From Nemertoderma westbladi (taxonomy: Eukaryota; Animalia; Xenacoelomorpha), in the NCBI GenBank assembly GCA_032718475.1, contig JAUCBJ010000894.1:1-57757 (forward strand): a DNA stretch of 57,757 nt, written 5' to 3'. Each line of letters begins with the position of its first letter. Position 1 is the stretch's first letter. Below are positions 48,576 through 57,757 of the stretch, in pieces. The translations under genes were made by a program, and so were the position numbers. The notes beneath the pieces are model-generated. The model made no database searches and had not been told where the DNA came from. It was given only the letters and a program-made list of their open reading frames with translations.

Positions 48576-49127
48576 CCAGTAACTAAATTTAATTTTGCAA
48601 TTTTTCAGATAACAAAATATTCAACAGGGTTCGAACTCGGGACCATTATAACTCCCCCACAACTCACCAATCACTCTTCCATCCAACCTCGAGAGAAAAA
48701 GGCGATAAATATCTGAGTTATACCATAGTCATTGAATTCTTCATCTTCATCACCGGTAGCAGATGTTTATAAATAGCTTCTAGTTCCTTAACATAATTAC
48801 TATAGCGTAGAATACATTAATTCGACTATTAATAATAATCGATTTCTTTTATCGATGTAACTGGTCGATCAACTAAGTTGAATATAAGTTAGAATGACAG
48901 GGCTAGCATTGATCACGTTGCATCTGTTACACGTTACTGCTATTTCACTCTCTAACTCGCGCTAATGTAATAAATTTAGCTGTACACGTTGCATCTGTTA
49001 CACGAAGCTACTATATTCCTCACTGTAAGTCACTCTGTTTTATTAAAGCAACCATATAAACCGAAGTTTTACAATCTAATAATCATTTATTTAGTTTTTA
49101 TTTTTCAAAATAGTTTTCATTCTAATT

Positions 49128-50174
49128 ATGGATTTATTTAAAAAAACTTCAAGCAATACTTGGAAATTTACATTTAATAAATATACCTGTAGTATTGTTT
49201 ATGGCAAGTACTTTATATTACTCTCATGCGATAGCAATGTAACAACGTGCTTCTCTTACCAGGATACACTCTACCTTCTAGACGTCTTAGAAATATTATT
49301 CAACCGACAAAAGGAATCACCAGTTTCAAGAGGTAATATTTATCCTAATATAGAATTTACAAGAGGAAAGTTAAATATTTCCACCTGTGTTATTACTGAA
49401 AACGTATATATTCAGAAGCAAGGCAAATGTCAAATTCTAAACAAATCACTCATTAATTTATTACTTCAGAGTAAGACAGAAATATTAGAATTGTTATCAC
49501 CACCACTCGAAATAATAAATCAGTGTTATGTTGTTAATTTAACCAACCCATCTTTTGTTGGTTTTGTAAGCAAATATAAAGGAGCGACTTATATGGGACT
49601 ATGGGAGATTTCAGCTAGATATTCTGATGCTATTGGTCTTAGGTATTATAATGGGTTTAACTTAACAGCATCGGAAGTAAATTCATTGTGGTATGAATGG
49701 AATTATGAAATTAGTAACAAAGGTGTCTTTTCAGAGCTAGATACGGACGATAAAGTAGCTTTATCTGACCGACTTAAAGTAAAAATAAATGTACAAGAAA
49801 AAAAAGTAATTATTACTGACAAGGAAAGCAAATATTTACAGTTACATTACGATAAAGACATACCTCATATAGAGTTTCTCTATGATATGATGTTAAAGGT
49901 TTCATCAACTGATATAGCAGACGGTTTCGTGATTCTATATCCACCAACTTGGAAGTTTAAGGATAATAAGTCATTTCCAGAAGTAGTTTCATCCACATTT
50001 AATCCAAAGACATACATCGAAGAGACCTCGAGTGATAGAAAGCGCAGATCTACATCTCAATCATCTTCCATTCCCAACAATGATTCTATACCTACAAAGA
50101 AAATAAAAGTTACAAAAGCAAGTGAAGAGGTAGCAGATTACAATAAGGAACATATAAAAACAGTATCAGATTGA
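49128..50174 (+). CDS. Intronless 348-aa protein, possibly tandem PC4/Whirly-like ssDNA-binding folds
   Basis: Long AT-rich ORF with TATA-like catataaa at about 49053. Segment VGFVSKYKGATYMGLWE...NGFNLTASEVNSL resembles the PC4 pattern. Basic NLS-like motifs RKRR and KKIK. Confidence 0.6.
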   Translation: MDLFKKTSSNTWKFTFNKYTCSIVYGKYFILLSCDSNVTTCFSYQDTLYLLDVLEILFNRQKESPVSRGNIYPNIEFTRGKLNISTCVITENVYIQKQGKCQILNKSLINLLLQSKTEILELLSPPLEIINQCYVVNLTNPSFVGFVSKYKGATYMGLWEISARYSDAIGLRYYNGFNLTASEVNSLWYEWNYEISNKGVFSELDTDDKVALSDRLKVKINVQEKKVIITDKESKYLQLHYDKDIPHIEFLYDMMLKVSSTDIADGFVILYPPTWKFKDNKSFPEVVSSTFNPKTYIEETSSDRKRRSTSQSSSIPNNDSIPTKKIKVTKASEEVADYNKEHIKTVSD

Positions 50175-51333
50175 TTTATTATTAACTAGAGACTTTTCTT
50201 TTTCAGTTTCACACTGACTTGTAAAGGTAACTTTTTATCACAAAGCGTGATTATTATAAAGTATTTGCATGTAAAGGTGACTTTATTGAGTAAATATTGG
50301 TGATAGTTTAATGTGAGCACGGGATTAGGTATAAAACATTCGCATGTAAATGCATGAGTTTACACCACCATAATAAAACATTTGCATGTAAAACCTACTT
50401 TATCAATGAAAATTAAAAACGCATTAGACACATCTTGGTTTAGACTTGATTTTATTATAAAGAATTCAGTTGTAAAAGCAACTTTATTTATGATATTAGT
50501 TTCCAATGTAACTGTTATTTATGATTGGTTGGTATAAGTAGAAACTTGAAATATATATATATATATATAAAGAGCTCAACTGATTCATTCGAGCTCATTC
50601 TGAAAATATTAAATTAATTAAAGTTTAGATATTATATTTTATTTACGTTGAGTAGCTTATGAATTTTTTTGATTATATCAGTCTATCAGTTTCTATCAGA
50701 TTCTATCAGTACCGAACCTAATACTGCTGCTAATACTGCTGTACAACTACAGAACTGTCTGCCTGTCTGCTGGTGGTACGAGCCTGTATCCGTTTGCGGT
50801 CCAGGCACCGGTTGTAGCAGAGTTTTAGCGAACTTTTTTATTTCATTTTTATTGATTATTCTTGGTACTGTACACTGCAGCGCCGGCACACTGGTGCTAC
50901 ACGGTTGCTGCAGTATTATTAACGGTATACTGTGAGTACCGTACCTGGGACCTGACTAACTGACTAAGGAATATATATCTACTGTAACGGGTGTAAACGG
51001 AGGATCTGAACCGAAGCTACCGTTCAGTTGGTAACTAACTCTGGTGGGTTGAGGACAGAGTCGCCTCCTCCCAGATACTTGGAAAAGAAGAAACCAGAGT
51101 TAGTGAGTCCCAACCTGCTTACCGCAGCAGTACCGGAGTGGATACTGTCATACCTATCTGCCTATACCGAGTTGACGTTCAATCAGTTATACTAATTTCA
51201 TACACACTACACCATTGGGGTGGCCCAAAAAAAAAGGAATATTACTGAATTGCTGTGAAATTAAACGGCTATTGCTATTGCAACCTGACTGCCTGAACTC
51301 CTATGGTTCAGTATCTCTGTTTAGCTAGGAGAA

Positions 51334-54300
51334 ATGACTACCATCCTGCAGGAGAACAGCATGGAAGACTTACGACGGGCGAATACGCAACGTTTAAAAA
51401 CTGTTATGCAAAAGAACGGCCTGTCTGCATCGGGCACAAGAGCTAATTGCTTACTGCGGGCAGCAAAGTCACGCATATTCCCAGACGTTCCGGTAACCAG
51501 CCTTACTCCTAATGCAGTAACTCCGCTGGAAACGACCATGGCAACGACTCGTATACTGCCGTATACTGGCTCTCCGCCATCAACTTCCGCCACTACTAGT
51601 ACCAATCCTCTACCCGAATCCATCCCAGTAACCACCACGGATACCCCTATTTCGCTGGTATCGCCCACGACAACTACCGGTACCGTTTTTTTGCCGGAAC
51701 CGGTATCTGTCCTCCCAGTTATTGCTGGTGCTCTGCCAGAACTTACCCCAGTAAATAGTGGCACTGTACTATCAACTACCCGTATCGCTACACGACTGGT
51801 ATCGACCACACCAATGACTGGCTTTCCACCGGAATCTATCCCAGAACACTCTCTACAAGTAACCACCGGCGCCACTCCTCCACCGGAATCTGTCCCAGCC
51901 ACATCCAGTATGTCTTTTGGAATCGAAGATGATATATGTGCTGAGAGATGTGGAACTACGGATATAAGAAATTGGCTTGTTAATAACAATGATAACAGCG
52001 CTACACCTCTTCCTCTCATCAGTAGAGGAATTAAGAAGAAGCACTCCAATAAACCTCACAATCCCGATCAGCCCATTGTGGAAGACCTAGAGTCCGATGG
52101 ATCATGGAAATTAAGACCAATTATTCCCAAATGTGAAGCCAAACAACCAGATGAAGAGAATAAGTTCTTTCCTGATATAGACGTAAGGTTTCATGAGACT
52201 GAAGTCAGGGCTGCAGCTCTATACACTGGTGGATCCAAAGGTTTGGTAATGCTGAAGGCTTCAGATGTAGACTGGGAATACCTGAATCAAGGTAAATATT
52301 TATCTACAGTTATAGTGGACTCATTTTTATCATTGCTGAGTAATAACTATGAACATGTGTGCGCTGTGGATTCTGCTCTCTGTTCAATGAAACTTCAGCA
52401 GAATAATTATGACGAAGCGAGTGCTATTAAATATATCACACACAGCTGCAACATCACTGATACGTCACTGCTTCTATTCCCACAATGCACTGAAAACCAC
52501 TTTTCATTACATATTGCTAACCGAAACGATTTTACAGTGTTCACCCTATGTAGCATATCTGCTGTGATGGAACCCAACATTATAACAAACCGACTATGTG
52601 ATTTATTAAATACCATAGAATTTTACACAAACAACCAAAGGAGTAAGAGCTGGCATCCAGTTTCGTATAGCAATTCATTTCAACGCCAGACTAACAGCTT
52701 TGATTGTGGTACATACTTATGTGTCTACGCATTGTTACTTGCAACAAATAGCACATTAGAGGTTAACTACGATAGCAATTCTCTGCGTGTTTGGTTAAAA
52801 CGTTGCTTAAGTGACATAAAGATATACGATCCATTGATACTGGAACCTCTTCTCTACAATGAGTGGAGGAAAGTTCCCCCAGTGCCAGTACCTAGCATGT
52901 TCGAATCAACATCAGCCAGCTCTTCCTCGAAACTCAAGGCAACATGTGAAACAAAGGATAGAGTTGACGAAATTCTCCACCTACGTGAACCATTAACTCT
53001 TATTATGCGTCGTCCAAGGAAGACTGTGCTTGCTACACTAGAGCAGTGTGATTATGAAGACTTAATCCAAGCACGGCAATCACTTTTTGAAGAGGTAAAA
53101 TCACTTATGAGTAATGTTGATAAAAATACTCTAGTGCTGCAGTCAAGATCATCAAAGACCCAGCTAGCCAATGATCTCTATGAATTAGTACGCACCAAAA
53201 CAGAATCAACCCTCACTGCAGCATTAAAAAAACGTCTCAAAAGGAATCCAGTAGAAATCCTCGATGACTCGAATAATATACAAGAAATACTATCTGTCCT
53301 GGCTGTGGTGCAAACTCGTCTTAGTGTCATGGAACTTCAAATATCTAAGCTTGAGGGTGAAAATATAGGATTGAAGGACCAATTGGCCCATGAGCGGCAG
53401 CAGAGAATTATAATAGACAATAAACTGCAATACGTGAATCGGGATCCCAATCATATGTCTAATGCATTGCATAATTGTAATGGTATTGAGAATAAACACG
53501 TGGAAACCATGACACTTACAAATATGAAAACCTATAATAAGAGTAAAGGTGACCAAGCATACCAAAACGCAAGTACTACAATGACATCTAATGAGAGATC
53601 CAAATTTGAAGGGTATATGGATGACGTTGATAACAGTTCATCCAATCTAATGTGTACAACAGTGAATAGTAAAACCGCCAATACAAACTGTACGTCCATA
53701 GGCAATGATTACAATGGTTCAGAGGAGCCCTGGCATCTTGCATCTATGAATCCATATACAATATTAGCAGCCTATCATGAGAACTGCATGGTGAAAGTGA
53801 TGGATGAAAAGGATGGTGAAAGTGATAAAATTGTAAACAGTAGAAAATCTGATAGAGAGCGAACTCATTCAGTGTATCAAACAAATGAAATCAAGCACGA
53901 GAACGAAGGAGACCAACAACCCCACTCTGTAAGTAACCAATATAAGTATGTGAATGTACGAGGCCAGCGTGTCCTCTCAGTTAACAACTATAATGATGTG
54001 AATGGATCTGGGAACCAAAATGTACATAGCAAAGAAAAGAAACCAGCACCATGGCATACAAATAAATTGAAGAATTACATTGACACACAAAAAGTCAATA
54101 TCAACAATCCAAGTGTAAGTGAGAATCGAGAAATTCAAAATCGGTCGCAATCGAACTACAGATCGAGAATGACAACATATAATGAAGTTCTCTATCTGGC
54201 CACTAACAACCCAAACTATGACGAGGATCGTATATTGGGATACTGTTCAATTGGTGGTGTCCAGATAGAACGAATTACAACCCGCAATTACGGGGGCCGC

Positions 54301-54444
54301 AGGAACTTTCGACTAGTTGTAAACAACAGGGATGTGAACAAACTGGTAAGTCCGAACTCTAGTTTCTGGCCAGCTGATGCGAAATGTGTAATGTGGCGAG
54401 ACCGCCAATCTGTCTACAATCACACTCCCTTTCAATCCATCTAA
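51334..54444 (+). CDS. LINE ORF1: SAP-like motif, T/P-rich linker, Ulp1/SENP (C48) protease-like domain, coiled coil, C-terminal RRM-like domain
   Basis: LKTVMQKNGLSASGTRANCLLR; YLNQGKYLSTVIVDSFL...LLFPQCTENHFSL...QRQTNSFDCGTYLC; heptads LSVMELQISKLEGENIGLKDQL; NFRLVV...FWPADAKCVMW. Confidence 0.82.
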   Translation: MTTILQENSMEDLRRANTQRLKTVMQKNGLSASGTRANCLLRAAKSRIFPDVPVTSLTPNAVTPLETTMATTRILPYTGSPPSTSATTSTNPLPESIPVTTTDTPISLVSPTTTTGTVFLPEPVSVLPVIAGALPELTPVNSGTVLSTTRIATRLVSTTPMTGFPPESIPEHSLQVTTGATPPPESVPATSSMSFGIEDDICAERCGTTDIRNWLVNNNDNSATPLPLISRGIKKKHSNKPHNPDQPIVEDLESDGSWKLRPIIPKCEAKQPDEENKFFPDIDVRFHETEVRAAALYTGGSKGLVMLKASDVDWEYLNQGKYLSTVIVDSFLSLLSNNYEHVCAVDSALCSMKLQQNNYDEASAIKYITHSCNITDTSLLLFPQCTENHFSLHIANRNDFTVFTLCSISAVMEPNIITNRLCDLLNTIEFYTNNQRSKSWHPVSYSNSFQRQTNSFDCGTYLCVYALLLATNSTLEVNYDSNSLRVWLKRCLSDIKIYDPLILEPLLYNEWRKVPPVPVPSMFESTSASSSSKLKATCETKDRVDEILHLREPLTLIMRRPRKTVLATLEQCDYEDLIQARQSLFEEVKSLMSNVDKNTLVLQSRSSKTQLANDLYELVRTKTESTLTAALKKRLKRNPVEILDDSNNIQEILSVLAVVQTRLSVMELQISKLEGENIGLKDQLAHERQQRIIIDNKLQYVNRDPNHMSNALHNCNGIENKHVETMTLTNMKTYNKSKGDQAYQNASTTMTSNERSKFEGYMDDVDNSSSNLMCTTVNSKTANTNCTSIGNDYNGSEEPWHLASMNPYTILAAYHENCMVKVMDEKDGESDKIVNSRKSDRERTHSVYQTNEIKHENEGDQQPHSVSNQYKYVNVRGQRVLSVNNYNDVNGSGNQNVHSKEKKPAPWHTNKLKNYIDTQKVNINNPSVSENREIQNRSQSNYRSRMTTYNEVLYLATNNPNYDEDRILGYCSIGGVQIERITTRNYGGRRNFRLVVNNRDVNKLVSPNSSFWPADAKCVMWRDRQSVYNHTPFQSI

Positions 54445-54511
54445 GGATCCACCACAGAGGGGGGATTTCAATAATGGTAGCAGCAAAAACTCTTGTCAAG
54501 GAACTGTAAGA

Positions 54512-57500
54512 ATGGTAACATTCAATTGCCATGATGCCATAACTAGTATTGACTATATTAAATCTTTATGTGCTTCTAATGATGTAGTAGCACTACAGGA
54601 GCACTGGTTGGATACTGAGGAAATAAAGGAGCTCCTGGTAAACCAGTTAGGCTCAGATTACCATTGTTTATCATTGGTTTCAAAGAAAATGGATAATCCA
54701 AACAAACGCCGTGGCGCTGGTGGTGTTTCACTAATTGCAAAAAAGTCTAAATTAAACCTGGTCCAAAAGATAGAATCCAATGACGACATCATTGGGGGAA
54801 TTTTCAAACCAGCTAATGCCTCCTGCCGTCTTCTCATATTGTGCGGTTATGTACCTGATGCTGGTAAACCACTAGAAATGTACATTGATCTTATGAATAG
54901 AGTAGAATCAATTATCAAAACAAACCCAGACTGCATTCCCTATTTGTTAATGGACACAAACTCAGATATTGGCATTGCTCATGGTCCAAGGTCATGTCGG
55001 TCTTCACCTACCTTGAGGGGTAAAGAGTTAATAAAATTTTGCTCTAACAACAATTTGGCTGCAGTTGACACATATAACAACTTTTCTGGCCCCACATATA
55101 CATTTCACAGCGCTGCGAGCAACACAAACTCATATATAGATCATATATTATCTTCACACCATGGTAAAAGTCTTGTTGTTGATGGCAGTGTGATGATGGA
55201 AACCTTTGAGAACAACCTCTCTGATCACCTACCAGTGTTTTGTCGTATTGATATAAGTCGTTTTATTAAAGCTGAAGGCTACAAAAACTCTATGAAAACA
55301 TTTAGCTCAGTGAAATTCAACTGGGAGAAGGCCAGTGTGGCTAACTTAAGGCAGTATAACGAAAAGGTCACAACTGAGTTGAATATGCTTAGAATCCCTG
55401 CAAAGCCAAATGAGAAATGGACTAAATGTATGTTAAATGATTATACAAATGACTTGACAGCTATACTTCTTAAGTGTGCGAAACAATGCATACCAATCTC
55501 TAAGCGGAAACGTAAGAGTAAAAATATACTTATCCGCAATAAACAACTACGAGACTATTCAAAAACATCAAAGAAACTATATAAAATGTGGATTGGTAAA
55601 GGTAGTCCTCATAATGATCCTCTGTGTGAAGAAATTAAGTCCTCAAAGCGAGCTACTCGACGGCTAAAGCGTAAATTATACAAAGAAATGTTAAATAAAC
55701 GACTTAGTCAAAGACTGAACACGGGGTCTGCTAAGACATTTTGGTCAAACTTTTCTAAAACGTCTCACTCTGCTCCTCCAGACATGGAAGATAAAATAAG
55801 TGAAGCAATTCAAAACGATCTTCAGCATAAGGGTGAACAGAATTTTGATGACATTGAAAGATATCTACGTTCTAGAATGGAATCTACAAGCATGCCTACA
55901 ATTGAAGCAAACACGATATATGAGGCTATCTTATCACTATCAAAGCGAAAGGCGCCCGACAGTAGGAGTCTAGTTGTTGAACACTTAATATGTGCAGATC
56001 CATCTGTAATATGCTATCATATCGGTATTGTCCTAAATACGAGTATTCAAGTTGGATGTGTGCCAGACGTGTTTGGAGAAACCATCCTCTCAATGGTTTA
56101 CAAAGGTCATGGTAGAAGTTTATATGAGACACCGTCATACAGGCCGATTGCCAGCATCAACATATATGCAAAGGTTTTAGAGGCGATCTGCTTATCGGAA
56201 TTTCTAGTAGAGATTGACAAACCTCATAGCATGTCAATGGCCTATCAAAAAAGAATTGGTTGTGATGAGGCCATATCTCTTGCATTGGAGGTGATTAATT
56301 ATTTTCAATCCAGGGGATCCACTATCTACGCCTGTCAAACAGATATCAGTTCCGCTTTCAACATGGTGGATTATGTTGTTCTATTCGACCGGCTATCCAA
56401 AATATTGAATCCATTCATCTGCTGTATATTACTTTATTATTATCGCAACACTAAATACTTCATCAAACATGGTGAAAGAATAAACAGAAGCTTTTTTATT
56501 GGGTTTAACGGAGTTAAGCAGGGCTCGCTGCTTTCGCCCTCTCTGTTCAACTTCTATATTCATGATGTTGTTGATAATATGGAGCGACTTGGCCTTGGCT
56601 GCTTTATAAAGGATACCTGGGTTGGAATTATCAATTATGCAGATGATTTGCTCCTTCTAGCATTGTCACGTACTGAAATTGAAAAAATGTTAACTGCCTT
56701 AGAAACACAGCTGACCCTTATTGGTTTGCACTTATCTGTAAGTAAAACGTCATGGACCACTATGGGTGACCAAACTAATGGAAGCAACCAGCAGATAATG
56801 TTTAATGGTTCCTCGATCAATCTGTCAGAATATATTAAATTTATTGGTTACAAATTATACAGCAAACCTGATCATATAATCGTTGATCTTAGACGGCGAA
56901 TCGGTATCTGTTCTTCTGCGTTCCATCAGAAGGGATGGACAGTCAGACAATACCCCCTTGATGTTGTCAGTAAACTGTGGAACACAATAGCTGTCCCGTT
57001 CCTTTGCTACGGCATGGAGATCCAAGTTGGTAGTCTTTCCTTGTCGGACATAAAGCGGTTAGATTCTCAATACAGAAAATCTCTACGTGGTCTTCTTTAT
57101 GCGGGAAATTATATCAGTACTCAGACACTGGAAATTGTGTTTGGTAATGCTTGTATCTCAACTACTGCCTTCAAGAGATTGGCCAATCTGATAGAGCGCA
57201 TTAAGTGTTGCCCTAAATACGACCTTCAACATATGCTACGGTTTTTATGCTCGATTGGTCAATGGGATGGTTACCTAAATAATAATCTGCCTAGTATTGC
57301 AGCTTCTTATAGTAAGGGCAGAAAGTTATATGCGCTACCATCATTATTTAACATATTTAATTTTGATTACTCTTACAAGGAACTGACACAGAGAATGTCA
57401 CCAGGTGCACCAAACATAAGTGATTGCTGTAGCGCAGATTTTCTCTCTATGTGCTACTCCAATAATGGACTCAGTTTCAAAAGTAAACGTGAAATATTTT

Positions 57501-57529
57501 CCTCTTACTATAATAGAACTGATGAATAA
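54512..57529 (+). CDS. LINE ORF2: AP endonuclease and reverse transcriptase
   Basis: APE motifs TFNC, LQEHWL, GGV, MDTN, YIDHI, SDHLP. RT motifs YRPI, DISSAFNMV, GVKQGSLLSPSLF, YADD. Confidence 0.95.
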   Translation: MVTFNCHDAITSIDYIKSLCASNDVVALQEHWLDTEEIKELLVNQLGSDYHCLSLVSKKMDNPNKRRGAGGVSLIAKKSKLNLVQKIESNDDIIGGIFKPANASCRLLILCGYVPDAGKPLEMYIDLMNRVESIIKTNPDCIPYLLMDTNSDIGIAHGPRSCRSSPTLRGKELIKFCSNNNLAAVDTYNNFSGPTYTFHSAASNTNSYIDHILSSHHGKSLVVDGSVMMETFENNLSDHLPVFCRIDISRFIKAEGYKNSMKTFSSVKFNWEKASVANLRQYNEKVTTELNMLRIPAKPNEKWTKCMLNDYTNDLTAILLKCAKQCIPISKRKRKSKNILIRNKQLRDYSKTSKKLYKMWIGKGSPHNDPLCEEIKSSKRATRRLKRKLYKEMLNKRLSQRLNTGSAKTFWSNFSKTSHSAPPDMEDKISEAIQNDLQHKGEQNFDDIERYLRSRMESTSMPTIEANTIYEAILSLSKRKAPDSRSLVVEHLICADPSVICYHIGIVLNTSIQVGCVPDVFGETILSMVYKGHGRSLYETPSYRPIASINIYAKVLEAICLSEFLVEIDKPHSMSMAYQKRIGCDEAISLALEVINYFQSRGSTIYACQTDISSAFNMVDYVVLFDRLSKILNPFICCILLYYYRNTKYFIKHGERINRSFFIGFNGVKQGSLLSPSLFNFYIHDVVDNMERLGLGCFIKDTWVGIINYADDLLLLALSRTEIEKMLTALETQLTLIGLHLSVSKTSWTTMGDQTNGSNQQIMFNGSSINLSEYIKFIGYKLYSKPDHIIVDLRRRIGICSSAFHQKGWTVRQYPLDVVSKLWNTIAVPFLCYGMEIQVGSLSLSDIKRLDSQYRKSLRGLLYAGNYISTQTLEIVFGNACISTTAFKRLANLIERIKCCPKYDLQHMLRFLCSIGQWDGYLNNNLPSIAASYSKGRKLYALPSLFNIFNFDYSYKELTQRMSPGAPNISDCCSADFLSMCYSNNGLSFKSKREIFSSYYNRTDE

Positions 57530-57757
57530 ATCACTTAGATATTAAGACTTTTAGAGTAGCTGGCTTTTTAGTAAACCGGTTTAGTCACGTTTTAATTCAA
57601 TATTACGCAATGTGGTATTCTTTTAATCTTCTGGTCGATCCATAAGACCTTTTTTAAAATGATTTTTAATGTGTTAATTGTTAACTGTCAATTATAATAA
57701 TAATTAAATGCCAGCTCGACTGGTGAGGCGCGAATATGCGCGAATAAACTAACTAAA

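Larger units (their letters stand above)
50676..57757 (+). mobile_element. Apparently intact two-ORF APE-RT LINE (RTEX/Proto2-like) with protease-bearing ORF1; 5' boundary approximate
   Basis: 5' UTR-like region, two long uninterrupted ORFs, and a short 3' UTR ending in hairpins and aataaactaactaaa at the window edge. Confidence 0.88.

Noticed and set aside
51321-52049. 242-aa minus-strand ORF
   Set aside because: Antisense shadow of the T/P-rich part of LINE ORF1.

Overview
Repeat-rich metazoan (invertebrate-like) genomic DNA. The backbone is a minus-strand PDZD2/pro-IL-16/big-bang-like PDZ gene. I traced six phase-compatible GT-AG exons (40052-39406, 20019-19019, 9241-9039, 5512-5319, 3406-3280, 151-<1); the gene continues beyond both traced ends. 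Its introns are inflated by six tandem-repeat arrays and by nested retroelements: RTE, L2, CR1/Crack and RTEX-like LINE fragments, plus a 16.1-kb BEL/Pao LTR retrotransposon (2.1-kb LTRs, 5-bp TSD) inserted into a LINE. The right third holds an intronless Ig-like transmembrane receptor ORF, a possible PC4-like ORF with a micro-exon leader, and an apparently intact APE-RT LINE whose ORF1 carries a SAP-like motif and a Ulp1/SENP-type (C48) protease domain. The most notable observations are that protease-bearing LINE, a BEL element with no tRNA primer site but a possible self-priming pairing, and a satellite amplified from a reverse-transcriptase FADD motif. All family calls come from motif recognition by eye, not database searches.
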